From: a virus
Virus record (IMG/VR): IMGVR_UViG_3300024339_000012
Span: 1-64,000 of that record
Length of the DNA: 64,000 bases
Strand: one strand, 5' to 3'
Part shown: positions 1 to 12,481 of the stretch, in pieces
Layout: each line of letters opens with the position of its first letter
Position numbering within the stretch: the first letter of the stretch is position 1
Translations under genes and position numbers: made by a program
Notes under the pieces: model-generated
What the model was told of the DNA's origin: nothing
Database searches by the model: none
What the model saw: only the letters and a program-made list of their open reading frames with translations

Positions 1-2
1 AC

Positions 3-3000
3 TCAAAAGCCTCCGAAATTCGCGCGAATACACCTGAGAAACAACAAAGAGCTAAACTCGACAGTCTCTATAACGAATTCCTAACGAAATTAACAGGTTT
101 AGACTGGTCTGGTTATCTGAACAGTCCAAGTACTGAAGAAGAATACGTAAGCGGTAAAATCGACAAGCCGAATATCATTAAGTATATGAAGATCGGTGCC
201 AACAGATTTGTTGGTTTTGCAGACTCCAAGAAAAAAGCAAGAGATTATTTCATCACTACCCCTGAGCATGTACAGTCTGAATCCAATGTTGTTAAGTTAG
301 TCAACACAGCAAGGGGTACAGACAATATCTCATTCAGGTTTAGGAATGTGGATAATACCATGGAAAGCAGTCTTGAACAGTCTTCCAATTTCTTACGCTC
401 ACTTCATTCTGCAGGTAATAGTATTGACCATGCTGAGTACAAAGAAAATGGCGTTACCCAGCATCTTGCTAAAAATCCTCTTAATTTAATCAAGCATAGT
501 GGAACACTGGGTAACAGCAATAAGAATGTTGCACCAGTAAAATCAATGTCTGATTATGATATAGTTGCTGACCTTGCTTTCTTATTCAAATCAGGTAAGA
601 AAAGTTATTTACAGCACACAGGCCAGTACTCCAATAAGAATCAGTTTTACTTACTTGAAGTTCCTAAATACGACAATGCTGAGAAAGAATATCGTAAACG
701 ATATGAAGATCTATTAGCCCTTGATAAAAAGAAAAAGAAAGGTGAACAGTGGGAAACTTCCTACATGAAGCATCCTGATCAGGTAAAAGATGATATAGGT
801 CTTTTGGAAGAAGTTGTTTCTCGTCAGGGTAAAGTATTTGAAGATGTCAGGTCCGGAGATAGAAAAGCATTTATTAATAACATGCTGTTCAACTATGCTC
901 TTAATAAATTTGACCTTGACTATATTACATTAGGTCGCCCAAGTAACTTCAAAAATGCAATTAAGGCAGCAAAGCGAGCAGGATCTGCAGTTAGTCCTGG
1001 TATTGCCGGTAATGTATTTATTGAGAATGGAGTTGGTCAATTCAACGAGAACCATGTTGTTTCAAATGAAATGAATGGAGCTGAGGAACTGCTTGACGGT
1101 TTACAGCTTGCTATGCCTGAATGGATGGGTAAGAAAGCTATTTCATTAGGTGATGTGTTCTCTCAAGTTGATAAGTACAATGGCAAATACACAAGCACAA
1201 AAGATGTTCATTATGATGTTGTAGAGGGTTCTGCAAAGCTTGATAAGACAAATACGATGGACATTGAGCCTCTTGCACAAGCATTTCCTAATTCTGTATA
1301 CGGCAAAATGTATGCCTACATGAAGATACATGGTATTAATACAATAACATTTACTTCAGGAACTAAATCAACAACCGATACTGTTAACAAATTATTCAAA
1401 GGAACTGAGTTTGATGGTAGCAATGCTCCAGTACTCTCAAGGCGTAACAATAGTAATACATTCATGCAAACTAATTTAAGGCATCAAACTGAACCTGATC
1501 TGGCTAAACAGCCTATTCAGACCACAGCGAACATGATGATCTTTAAAAGTTCTGAAGGTATTGCAAGATTCTGGGAAAAGATACAAGGTGAAATTATTGA
1601 TGAGATGTCCAATTATTTCGGAGATCTTAAAAAGCATGAAGTTGACTTTAAGCTTTTGGAAGATGTTGATAAAGAAACATTGTCGGCATTTCATGATTAT
1701 ATCAAGAGTGGTGGCAACCAAGTAAACCCATATTATGACCGTCTAACACAGAAGATTCGTTCTGCAATTCTTACAAAGAAAGTCCTGAATAAGAATGTAA
1801 ATAGGACAACACTTGTTGAGGTACCAGTCGCTGATATCGGTTTGTTAGGATCAAGACCTACAAAAGATGAACGTCATGTTAGAATGCCACAGGTTAACCT
1901 AAATATTAATGGTATTCGTTATAGCAGTGAGCCAATGACTCGCAAAGAAGCTATGACTAAGATTGAAAAGAATAAAGCACAGTACATTGACATGTACGAT
2001 GTGAATGCTGATCCTAAGCTTGAGAAAATTAAAGAGTGGGCATTGGAAGATGCAGGTGATGGTAAAGTATATATTCCCGGAGAAGTAATATCATATGTAA
2101 ATGTTCCTGCAGAGAACTTGCGTAACCATACATTTGCAAGAGCTCACAAACCTATTCCCGGAGCAGGTAATATTATAATTACTGACAGACAATCCCAGAA
2201 AGATGCTGGCCGTGACTTTGACGGTGATGTAAGATATGCAGAAAGTTCATTCAAGGACAAAAATGGCAGACCGATTACAGGTATTGGTTCAAAAAAGGGC
2301 CTGACTAATCATATTCAAAGGATGCTGCAGGAGGAATTTGAAAACCCTGCAAACTATGATATGATCCATGAGGCCATTGATATAGAAAAGTACGATTATA
2401 TGTTTGAGGATCGCCAACAAAGCGAAACAGATAACCTTTCTTCTAATCACTTATTCGATGTCTTGAGAACGAGAAAAATTAACCTTGCAAGTAATATTGC
2501 CATTGGTATAATTCAGGATTTCTCTACCTCATATGACTTTATCAAAAAGCATAAGCTCCAGTTTAAAGTTGATAAGAATAAAAGAAAACGCTTTTCAATA
2601 TCGCTGTTCGACTATAAGAATCCTAATAAGAGGGTTGGTCAATTAGAAATATCAGGCTTTTCTACTGACAGATTCAATCTTATTAAGAATGACATTGGTA
2701 ACTTTATGAATATAGCCCTTGATAATGCACAAGACCCAAGAGCTATTTACATGGGCATTAATGAATACACAGCACATATGTTTATGACATTTGTGGCAAG
2801 TGATATAACCATTGATTTCAAAGCAACAAAAGAAGAGCAGCAAGCCGCTATAATGAAACGGATTGAGCAGGCTGTAGCTTACTTCAATTCTCCTATTGTC
2901 AAAAGGTTTATCGAACTAAACGAAGAAGTTAAAAGTGTTGACAATAATCTCGAGAAAAAAGATGTGCTTAAAATGCTTAAAGCTGAATTCAAGGATAGTG

Positions 3001-6000
3001 AATACCCTGGCTTTAATAATTTGAGAAAGCTTTCCAACGAGGTTAATAGGATCTTTAACTATGTCCAGATGTCAAGGGAATTTCCAAAGTCCACTGTTGA
3101 TTTTGATATGGCTGTAGTAGCAGGTGAATTCTTGCGTGACAATAAACAGGAATATATAAACACAAACAATCTTTTCAATTATAATGGTACTGATCAGGAT
3201 TCGCCATTCATAAGTACAGCTGATAAGTCAATTGACTATGCAAGAGAGAATAACTTCAGTAAGTCACTTGAGGGTACAGTAAATTCTCAAGGAGTTATAA
3301 AACGGTTCCTAAACATCAAGTCTGGTGGCAATCCATACATATACCTTACTCGTGAGGAATATGATATGATTCTAAAAAAGATGACAGCTACTTTATTGCT
3401 TGATTCTTTTGATACAGGTCAGACTGTTGACAGGGCAGGAAGAGATCTTGAAAAGTATATTGAAGAAAATAAAGACAAAAATTTATTCATAAACTTATTG
3501 GAAGTTAATGACGGTGTTATATCTATAAACGAGAACTATAGAAACAGGCAACTGTCAGATGATCTATTAAGTAGAACACATGAATATTTCGATGACTTAC
3601 CATTAGATATTCAGGAAAAGTTCTTATTTTATTCTGTTGGAAAGTATGGCGTTAACGTAACTAATGCCAGGGGGAACTTTGCAAACTTATTCAGTATTAA
3701 ATTTCAGGTTCATGTAGGTGATGTATTGGCAGATAATACTAAAGATTGGATGGATGCAAAACTCAGTGATTATAAAATTGACAAGATCGCTGAAACTATA
3801 GCAATGTCAACTCCAGCTTTGGACTTTAAGCAACGTTCAGGTGATAATACATACAAACATTCACCCGGCAGTAATTACATAGACTACAATGTACGTGAGG
3901 CTGCTGCATTAGCAATTGTCAATAAAGCTAAAGGTTCAGGATTGAAAGATGTTGAGCAAAGTGTAAGAGATCAATTTAAAAATGATCCACGTAAGTTATC
4001 CATTGTTAATAGGATATTCGTTGAGGCAAGTCACTTTGTTAATAGAACTACCAAAGCTGAAGCTATCAGAGATTATGCTGAAATGATTCTAAGCAAGAGT
4101 GATTTAGTGAGGGGTAACAAAGCTTTGAAAATATCCACAGTCGTAGATATAGCAACTGCTACAAATCATTCAGGTGGCGCATTAGGTTCTGATACTGCAT
4201 GGGATGTTATTGGCAAGGAATTTGGAATGGTTAATAATAAACATTACTATTTTGAAGGTAATAAAACTCCAAACGGTAATACTGAAATTCCAATAGGACT
4301 AAAACATGAAGCTGATGAAAAACTAAAGGCTGCAAATAAAACTCTTGGTAGAAGATTTCCTACTTCTAAAGAATATGTAAATAATCTATTAAGACGTAAT
4401 TGGTGGCAAGTAAAGAATTCTGATGCCGTATTTGCAATATCAACAATAACTAACAACAAAGTCGATGGTGGTACTGGTTGGGCTGTTCATATGGCAATAG
4501 CTGAGAACAAACCTGTATTTGTATTCGATCAGGAAGAAGGACAATGGTTTACATGGAATGGAGATTACTTTGTTAAAGCAGATACACCATCATTAACACA
4601 AAACTTTGCAGGGATAGGAACTCGTAATATAAATCCACTTGGAAAACAGGCTATTCGTGATGTCTATGAAAAGACTATTGATAAAGAGCCTGGTCAAGAG
4701 GAAAAACCTATCGAACATCAACTTGATAGTATCAATGAGCCATTGGCTAACTTGAATCCTAAGTTACAGGAATTTATTCGCAAGCATTTTCAGAAAATCT
4801 TCCCGGAACTTAAAATATTTGAATCCCCTAAAGCATTCCAAAACTATATCCGTAAAATGAACGGAGAAGTTGACAGATTTGATCTTAAATCAATGGGTGC
4901 TGCATTCGGTAAAGCTGTATTCATCGATCCAAATAAATCAGTACAGAGTACTTTCTTTCACGAAAATGCTCATATCTATTGGAACATGCTACCTGCCGAC
5001 AATAAGGCTAAACAAGAACTTGTGGAGTTATATGGTTCCAAAGAAGATGCCATTCAGGAAATTGGTAAGATAGGTTCTATGATGGCAGAGAATGAAATGA
5101 ATTCTCCTTTCTTAACTAAGGTCAAAAATTCACTTCGTAAATTCTGGATAGCTGTCAGAAAATTCTTTGGTAAAAAAACAGCAGTAGATCCTGCATTACA
5201 ATTTGCACAAGACATCTGGGCTAATAAGGATAATGTTTTTTCTCAAGAGGAACAACTTGGAACTATAGAACATCAAAAACAGGAGCTCGACTACGATGAT
5301 CCTACACACACTTACAAAAGTGGTGATATAGAATTCGGGTCCGCAACTACAATTATAAAAAGATTAAAACAAGAAAAGTTTAATCCGGAAGTTGTTGCCA
5401 ACAGATTAGCAGATGCTGAAAGTAGGAGATTAGTAGAAGAGGGTGAAAATGCTCTTAGTACTCCACAGAAAAATGACTTCAGAGAAAATAAACTTCGTGA
5501 ATGGCAACAAGACTCAGAAAGAGGAACTGCAGGTCATAGCATAATCGAAAAGCACCGTAAAGGTCATCAAATTGGTGATGAAGAAAAGCAATATTTCACA
5601 GATGAAGCATTTGAAGAATTTAAGGTAGCAATTGACGATTATTTCGCTGGTCTTGAAGCTTACCCTAATAGTGAGGTGTTTGAAGAAATGACAGCCGACT
5701 TTGATAGCTATATTGCCGGTCATATAGATTTCCAATATGAAAATGATCTTGGTAATCATATACGCGACTTCAAATTCTCTAAGAATAGTAAATGGGATGG
5801 CGACGAACTCTCAACTAAATATACTGAAGCATATGAGGGTAGGACATTATTGCCTCCATTGAATAACCTGAATGACTCTAAAGAGAATGCTGAACGTATG
5901 CAGGTAAATATCTATAACCTCATAAAAGGTGGTAACGCTGATAGTCTCGGTATCATTCCAATTAAGTATGAGCTCAATGATGACGATCTTATTTCAAAAA

Positions 6001-8984
6001 TAGAATTTGAAAGGGATATTCCTGTAAACATAAACAAGAAAACTACTCAGGAACTATTCGATTATAACAAGAATGTAACTGAAAGAAAGATTTCCGCAGC
6101 TGAAAAAATTGCATCTGAAAATAATTATGTCGATGGAATTGCTAAGAACGCAGAAATAGAAAGCATTACTATTCTTGAGGATCTGCTACCACAGGGAGTT
6201 GAATTGTCTGAATTAAGTGATAATCCACTTGCAGTTGATAGATTATTTAAACATAATCGTGTTGATGCTAAGTCAATGCTTATTGATGACAAAGGATTTA
6301 CACAACAAGATCTTGATACTTATTCATTAAATACACTTCTTACTCATTGGTTAGGAGGCCCTAAACCAGAACATGCAAAAGATGATTATGATGTTCCGTT
6401 TATGACAGTCGAAGAATATAATAATAAGTTTCCTGGTGCATTAACTCCATTTATGCTTACAAAATTTGTAAATGATTCTGCTAAGTCTAAAAAGATATAT
6501 GATGAACTGGAAGAAACAGCCCGTAGAAGAGGCATAAATGTACTCTCCCTGCTTGAATCAATGTCATATGATCAATTGTATCACTATGAAAATAGATTGC
6601 GTGGTCTTGAAGAAGAAGCAGCTGGTCCGCTCAGAGAATTTATAAATAGAAAACTTGTCCGGGAAATAATTGTCAATAGAGTAAGTGAAGAAAATTCATC
6701 AGATTTTAGTGGATATCGTTTCTCAACAGTTTTATTAGCTGAAATGATTCAAGGTACTCGTAAAAATACAGACATAACATTACTTGCTAAATATTATATG
6801 AATGACAGATTTGTTACAAGTGATCATAAATTAGTTCAGCAATTAATGATAGTGACAAGAGAACAACTTGATAAGTCTCAGGCTCAGAAGATAAAGGTAA
6901 ACAGGGATATTAAGAAAATATATGATAGTGGTGATATTGATATGAATAATATTACTGAAGTCAAAAGAGGTGTCAAGTATTATAAAGAGATCAACGATGA
7001 TATGACTGATGCTGAGAAGCGTTTAATTCGTTATCTTGAAGATTTTTATGGTAGGTTTAATGACAGGCATAAGTTCATAAAGAATCACCCTATAGCCTCA
7101 AAAAGAAAGACTCCGCCAATTCCTGTATTTAAGCATTATGAATTAAAGTGGAAATGGGGAATGTTTAAAAAGCATGGTCTTAACTGGCCATCATATCACA
7201 AATATTTCAAGCCTCAACCATGGGATAGTTATAATTTAGGTTCTATAATAGATCCTGTCACTTTTGAAGATTACAAACGTAATTTCAACGTTGGTATTGA
7301 TAAATTATCTGATCTGAAATCTGCATATAATCGTGCTAAAGAAATGTACGAAAACGACAAAAAAGATAGTCCTAATTTCAAGCCTGAACAGACACATGTT
7401 AAACTTAAAAATACTTCACAGGCATACAATAAGTTTGAATCTAAAGAAGATATGGTAATAACCATACAGGGTTTAAATTCAATGACTGATAAGCATTTCA
7501 TGGAACACGTTATTCCATTGTATAAGTATGCAACTGAAAGTTATGCAAATACTAAAAATATGCTCAGTGTAATTAAAATATATTCAACGAAACAGATATT
7601 TGGCGGAAATAATGAGCAAAAAAGTAAATTAGAAATGTCATTGTTTACTGTAATGGCTCTTTTAGCAATGAAATCACTTGCTCTTAATGAAATGGCCGCT
7701 ACAATAAATCTATCTATAGGATTAGTGCAAAATTGGATAGAAGCAGTAAAACTTGATGCTACAGGTTGGAGAGCAATAATATCAACAGCTTTTTTCGACG
7801 GAGTATATAGAATTAGTAGATATCCTATGAAATCATTTAATATTTTAAATAAATATCAAGTTGTTAATGTAGCTGATGAACATGGCTTAAGTAAACTTGG
7901 TAAAGTAAAAGAGACTGCATCTACTGCTTCTTTAATATACACAGTAATTGTTGAAAATATATTACATGGAATATCATTTACAGGTGTGATGGATCAGGCT
8001 ACTTGGGATGCTCATGATAAATTTGGTAATTTAGCTCCAAATAAAAAACATTTGTTCGCTCCTCAAAAAAGAAGAGCTACAGAAAATGTTACGAGATCTG
8101 CCCATGGTGACTATGGAACTAAAAATTATATTTTACTAAATTCAATGGCTTTTGGAAAAATGTGGACTCAGTTTAGAAATTGGATGGCTGCTTACTATGC
8201 TTCACGTTTTCTTTCAGCAGGATTAGATCTCAATGGAATAGTGCATGAACCTATGTATAGAGCTTTATTTAATCAGGCAATGATTACAATTTATAACCAT
8301 GGAACAAGTAAAGGACAAAAGAAAAGGATTTATGAAAATGTAAAGCCAAAACCTATTTCAGAAGGTGGTACTAAATTACAACTTAAAAAAAATGATGAAT
8401 TATTAGGAACATTTGCATATCTAAAAAGAGAAGCTGCAGGTGATCGAATAAATTTTTCTGAAATGCCTAAACATCATCAACAAGCAACAGGTAAAGCAAT
8501 AAGAGAACTTGTTGCATATGGTGTAATTATGGGATTACTAAAAGGTTATTTGGATGATGATGATGAGAAGAGTCTATTTATGAGAATATTTTCTGTAAGA
8601 TTTACAGGAGATTTATTAATGTCATTTGACCAAGATTCTTATGCTTGGTATTTACAAGCTCCATCTCCTATATTAACATTTCTTGTTGATATAATGATTG
8701 CCTCTGATCTTGTAGCAAGAACTTCTATTGCATATCTTCAGGAAAATATACTTAATTTTAAGGATAAACCTTACAGTGATCCTAATAATTCTACTATAAG
8801 ATATCAGTCTAATACAGAATATGGTAATGAAGGTGATCTTAAACTTTGGAATAAAGTTATTAAGATACTTCCATTCGGTAGTGGTTGGTATCAAAAGAAA
8901 CTTTTCTATAAGGATGCACAAAATAGTAAAAAGAAAAAAAAGAAAAAAGGTAAAAAAAGTATCTTTAGTTCTGGTAGTATTTGA
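3..8984 (+). CDS. Giant virion-associated RNA polymerase polyprotein (crAss-like), 5'-truncated by the window edge
   Basis: The frame is open from nt 3 to the annotated ATG at 186, so the true start lies upstream. Catalytic-type motif AGRDFDGD (DFDGD at 2214-2228). Also an HENAH zincin motif (4959-4973), a SLOG-like domain (~4160-4680) and a PD-(D/E)XK-like domain (~5285-6030). Size and position before the tail genes match crAss-like virion RNAP genes. Confidence 0.8.
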   Translation, partial: SKASEIRANTPEKQQRAKLDSLYNEFLTKLTGLDWSGYLNSPSTEEEYVSGKIDKPNIIKYMKIGANRFVGFADSKKKARDYFITTPEHVQSESNVVKLVNTARGTDNISFRFRNVDNTMESSLEQSSNFLRSLHSAGNSIDHAEYKENGVTQHLAKNPLNLIKHSGTLGNSNKNVAPVKSMSDYDIVADLAFLFKSGKKSYLQHTGQYSNKNQFYLLEVPKYDNAEKEYRKRYEDLLALDKKKKKGEQWETSYMKHPDQVKDDIGLLEEVVSRQGKVFEDVRSGDRKAFINNMLFNYALNKFDLDYITLGRPSNFKNAIKAAKRAGSAVSPGIAGNVFIENGVGQFNENHVVSNEMNGAEELLDGLQLAMPEWMGKKAISLGDVFSQVDKYNGKYTSTKDVHYDVVEGSAKLDKTNTMDIEPLAQAFPNSVYGKMYAYMKIHGINTITFTSGTKSTTDTVNKLFKGTEFDGSNAPVLSRRNNSNTFMQTNLRHQTEPDLAKQPIQTTANMMIFKSSEGIARFWEKIQGEIIDEMSNYFGDLKKHEVDFKLLEDVDKETLSAFHDYIKSGGNQVNPYYDRLTQKIRSAILTKKVLNKNVNRTTLVEVPVADIGLLGSRPTKDERHVRMPQVNLNINGIRYSSEPMTRKEAMTKIEKNKAQYIDMYDVNADPKLEKIKEWALEDAGDGKVYIPGEVISYVNVPAENLRNHTFARAHKPIPGAGNIIITDRQSQKDAGRDFDGDVRYAESSFKDKNGRPITGIGSKKGLTNHIQRMLQEEFENPANYDMIHEAIDIEKYDYMFEDRQQSETDNLSSNHLFDVLRTRKINLASNIAIGIIQDFSTSYDFIKKHKLQFKVDKNKRKRFSISLFDYKNPNKRVGQLEISGFSTDRFNLIKNDIGNFMNIALDNAQDPRAIYMGINEYTAHMFMTFVASDITIDFKATKEEQQAAIMKRIEQAVAYFNSPIVKRFIELNEEVKSVDNNLEKKDVLKMLKAEFKDSEYPGFNNLRKLSNEVNRIFNYVQMSREFPKSTVDFDMAVVAGEFLRDNKQEYINTNNLFNYNGTDQDSPFISTADKSIDYARENNFSKSLEGTVNSQGVIKRFLNIKSGGNPYIYLTREEYDMILKKMTATLLLDSFDTGQTVDRAGRDLEKYIEENKDKNLFINLLEVNDGVISINENYRNRQLSDDLLSRTHEYFDDLPLDIQEKFLFYSVGKYGVNVTNARGNFANLFSIKFQVHVGDVLADNTKDWMDAKLSDYKIDKIAETIAMSTPALDFKQRSGDNTYKHSPGSNYIDYNVREAAALAIVNKAKGSGLKDVEQSVRDQFKNDPRKLSIVNRIFVEASHFVNRTTKAEAIRDYAEMILSKSDLVRGNKALKISTVVDIATATNHSGGALGSDTAWDVIGKEFGMVNNKHYYFEGNKTPNGNTEIPIGLKHEADEKLKAANKTLGRRFPTSKEYVNNLLRRNWWQVKNSDAVFAISTITNNKVDGGTGWAVHMAIAENKPVFVFDQEEGQWFTWNGDYFVKADTPSLTQNFAGIGTRNINPLGKQAIRDVYEKTIDKEPGQEEKPIEHQLDSINEPLANLNPKLQEFIRKHFQKIFPELKIFESPKAFQNYIRKMNGEVDRFDLKSMGAAFGKAVFIDPNKSVQSTFFHENAHIYWNMLPADNKAKQELVELYGSKEDAIQEIGKIGSMMAENEMNSPFLTKVKNSLRKFWIAVRKFFGKKTAVDPALQFAQDIWANKDNVFSQEEQLGTIEHQKQELDYDDPTHTYKSGDIEFGSATTIIKRLKQEKFNPEVVANRLADAESRRLVEEGENALSTPQKNDFRENKLREWQQDSERGTAGHSIIEKHRKGHQIGDEEKQYFTDEAFEEFKVAIDDYFAGLEAYPNSEVFEEMTADFDSYIAGHIDFQYENDLGNHIRDFKFSKNSKWDGDELSTKYTEAYEGRTLLPPLNNLNDSKENAERMQVNIYNLIKGGNADSLGIIPIKYELNDDDLISKIEFERDIPVNINKKTTQELFDYNKNVTERKISAAEKIASENNYVDGIAKNAEIESITILEDLLPQGVELSELSDNPLAVDRLFKHNRVDAKSMLIDDKGFTQQDLDTYSLNTLLTHWLGGPKPEHAKDDYDVPFMTVEEYNNKFPGALTPFMLTKFVNDSAKSKKIYDELEETARRRGINVLSLLESMSYDQLYHYENRLRGLEEEAAGPLREFINRKLVREIIVNRVSEENSSDFSGYRFSTVLLAEMIQGTRKNTDITLLAKYYMNDRFVTSDHKLVQQLMIVTREQLDKSQAQKIKVNRDIKKIYDSGDIDMNNITEVKRGVKYYKEINDDMTDAEKRLIRYLEDFYGRFNDRHKFIKNHPIASKRKTPPIPVFKHYELKWKWGMFKKHGLNWPSYHKYFKPQPWDSYNLGSIIDPVTFEDYKRNFNVGIDKLSDLKSAYNRAKEMYENDKKDSPNFKPEQTHVKLKNTSQAYNKFESKEDMVITIQGLNSMTDKHFMEHVIPLYKYATESYANTKNMLSVIKIYSTKQIFGGNNEQKSKLEMSLFTVMALLAMKSLALNEMAATINLSIGLVQNWIEAVKLDATGWRAIISTAFFDGVYRISRYPMKSFNILNKYQVVNVADEHGLSKLGKVKETASTASLIYTVIVENILHGISFTGVMDQATWDAHDKFGNLAPNKKHLFAPQKRRATENVTRSAHGDYGTKNYILLNSMAFGKMWTQFRNWMAAYYASRFLSAGLDLNGIVHEPMYRALFNQAMITIYNHGTSKGQKKRIYENVKPKPISEGGTKLQLKKNDELLGTFAYLKREAAGDRINFSEMPKHHQQATGKAIRELVAYGVIMGLLKGYLDDDDEKSLFMRIFSVRFTGDLLMSFDQDSYAWYLQAPSPILTFLVDIMIASDLVARTSIAYLQENILNFKDKPYSDPNNSTIRYQSNTEYGNEGDLKLWNKVIKILPFGSGWYQKKLFYKDAQNSKKKKKKKGKKSIFSSGSI

Positions 8985-9011
8985 CATGCAAAATGCCTTA
9001 ACTTAATTTTG
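8980..9011 (+). promoter_or_regulatory. Bacteroidota sigma70-type promoter (-33 TTTG / -7 TAnnTTTG)
   Basis: TTTG at 8980-8983, 20-nt spacer, TAATTTTG at 9004-9011, just upstream of the ATG at 9036. Confidence 0.6.
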
Positions 9012-9035
9012 TCGTAAGAATAAATAATAACGCAA

Positions 9036-10773
<1,738 letters not shown>

Positions 10774-10774
10774 A

Positions 10775-11110
10775 ATGTCGGATTTAAACGGAACATCATA
10801 TAGATCAAATGAGGAAAATTCTTCAAATATACTTAACGGACTTTATAAAAGGGGTGACATAAGTATATCTGCTGATTTTCCAACTCCTGTGGAAGCCAAA
10901 GTAAGATTTGTATGGGAGATACTGGTGATCGTAACAGATAATGATGTAACAAAAACAAATACAGGAGACTCATTCGGAGTAGGAGATATGATAATGTGGA
11001 ATGGAAATGGATGGAAACTATTAGGAAACACTCAAGAGGTTCCTGTACATGCACCTCAACATGAAATACTTGGGGATGATATAGTAGATATTGACGGAGG
11101 TTCATTTTAA
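10775..11110 (+). CDS. Small fibre-associated structural protein
   Basis: 111 aa with a GDMIMWNGNGW motif and C-terminal IDGGSF; tightly coupled to the fibre genes. Confidence 0.5.
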   Translation: MSDLNGTSYRSNEENSSNILNGLYKRGDISISADFPTPVEAKVRFVWEILVIVTDNDVTKTNTGDSFGVGDMIMWNGNGWKLLGNTQEVPVHAPQHEILGDDIVDIDGGSF

Positions 11111-11120
11111 ATAAAAAGTT

Positions 11121-12458
11121 ATGCCAAATACAATTCAAATTAAAAGAGGTCTTTTTGCTTCACTACCAACATTAGTTGCGGGTGAGTTTGGATTCTCTAC
11201 GGACACAAAGCAGGTACATATTGGAGACGGTGCTGCTAATCATGAAGTATTGATGCACAGAAAATTCGATGCTAATACAATCTTGGCTGCGAACGCTGAT
11301 AATACACCTTTAGCGTTATCCATTTCTGAACAAAGAATTGTAGGTAGGCTTACAGGTGGTAATATATCTGCTATTACAATTGGTATTGCTGATAACAATA
11401 TGCTTCAGGTAGATGGCTCTCCTAATGATAATGAGTTTGCAAAGTTTACTGCAGCTGGATTAGAAGGAAGGACATATGCTGAGACATTAGCAGACCTTAG
11501 TAATCAAGCAGGTGCAGACTTTGCATGGAACTCGAAAAAACTTACAGGTTTGCTCGATCCGACCTTGGCACAGGATGCCGCAACTAAAGCTTATGTTGAT
11601 TTAATCGCCCAGGGCATTAAAAATAAATCTGTGGCAGATGTAAGAGCTCAAGGAAATGTTGCTGCTTTAACAGGACTGCAAACAATTGATGGTGTCGCCT
11701 TGACTGATGGTGAGCAGATCCTTTGTGATTCACAAACAACCGTTACTCAAGATGGTCTTTACATTGTACGGTCCGGAGCATGGGAACGTGAATCAAGTTG
11801 GTTAGTAGGTGAAGAAGTTGGTGGATACTTTATATTTATCAAAGGTGGTACCGACGATGGAAAAGGATTCGTTTGTACAAATGATGATGGTGCAGATGTT
11901 GTAGGAACTGACAACTTAGTATTCGTTCAATTCTCAAGTGCCGGTGGTGTTATGGCGCATAAGGATACACATGATCCAAATAATGGCTCAGATGCATTGG
12001 ATACTGCCGCTGCTATCGAGATCTCTGCTGTAGTGGCCGCTGGTGTCGGAACGTCTCATTCGTTCTCAAGAGCCGACCACGTACATGCAATTAACCATGG
12101 TATTACCGATAACCATATTGTAACAATAGATGGATCTGCAAACAGTTCTGAATATGCTAAGTTTACAGCCAATGGATTAGAAGGTAAAACCTTTGCCGAA
12201 GTAATGGCTGACTTAAGTGGACAGGCTGGTGCTAATTTCTCAATGAATACTAAAAAGATTACTGAGGTAGTTGACCCGACTTCTAACCAAGATGCAGCCA
12301 CAAAGAAATATGTTGACGACCAAGTTAACACACATGATACATTTCTTGAACTTACAGATACTCCTGCTGGTTATGGATCAGGATATGATTTTGTTCAGAT
12401 GAATGCAGGAGGAACAGCTTTAGTTTATGTATCAGTAGTTGATGGAGGCGCATTTTAA
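11121..12458 (+). CDS. Tail fibre protein with Mtd-N-like N-terminal domain
   Basis: N-terminus MPNTIQIKRG..LPTLVAGEFGFSTDT; two DAATKxYVD motifs in an internal ~75-aa duplication; GLQTIDGV..QDGLY fibre segment; C-terminal VDGGAF. Confidence 0.8.
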   Translation: MPNTIQIKRGLFASLPTLVAGEFGFSTDTKQVHIGDGAANHEVLMHRKFDANTILAANADNTPLALSISEQRIVGRLTGGNISAITIGIADNNMLQVDGSPNDNEFAKFTAAGLEGRTYAETLADLSNQAGADFAWNSKKLTGLLDPTLAQDAATKAYVDLIAQGIKNKSVADVRAQGNVAALTGLQTIDGVALTDGEQILCDSQTTVTQDGLYIVRSGAWERESSWLVGEEVGGYFIFIKGGTDDGKGFVCTNDDGADVVGTDNLVFVQFSSAGGVMAHKDTHDPNNGSDALDTAAAIEISAVVAAGVGTSHSFSRADHVHAINHGITDNHIVTIDGSANSSEYAKFTANGLEGKTFAEVMADLSGQAGANFSMNTKKITEVVDPTSNQDAATKKYVDDQVNTHDTFLELTDTPAGYGSGYDFVQMNAGGTALVYVSVVDGGAF

Positions 12459-12481
12459 AAACTTTCTAATATATATATAAG

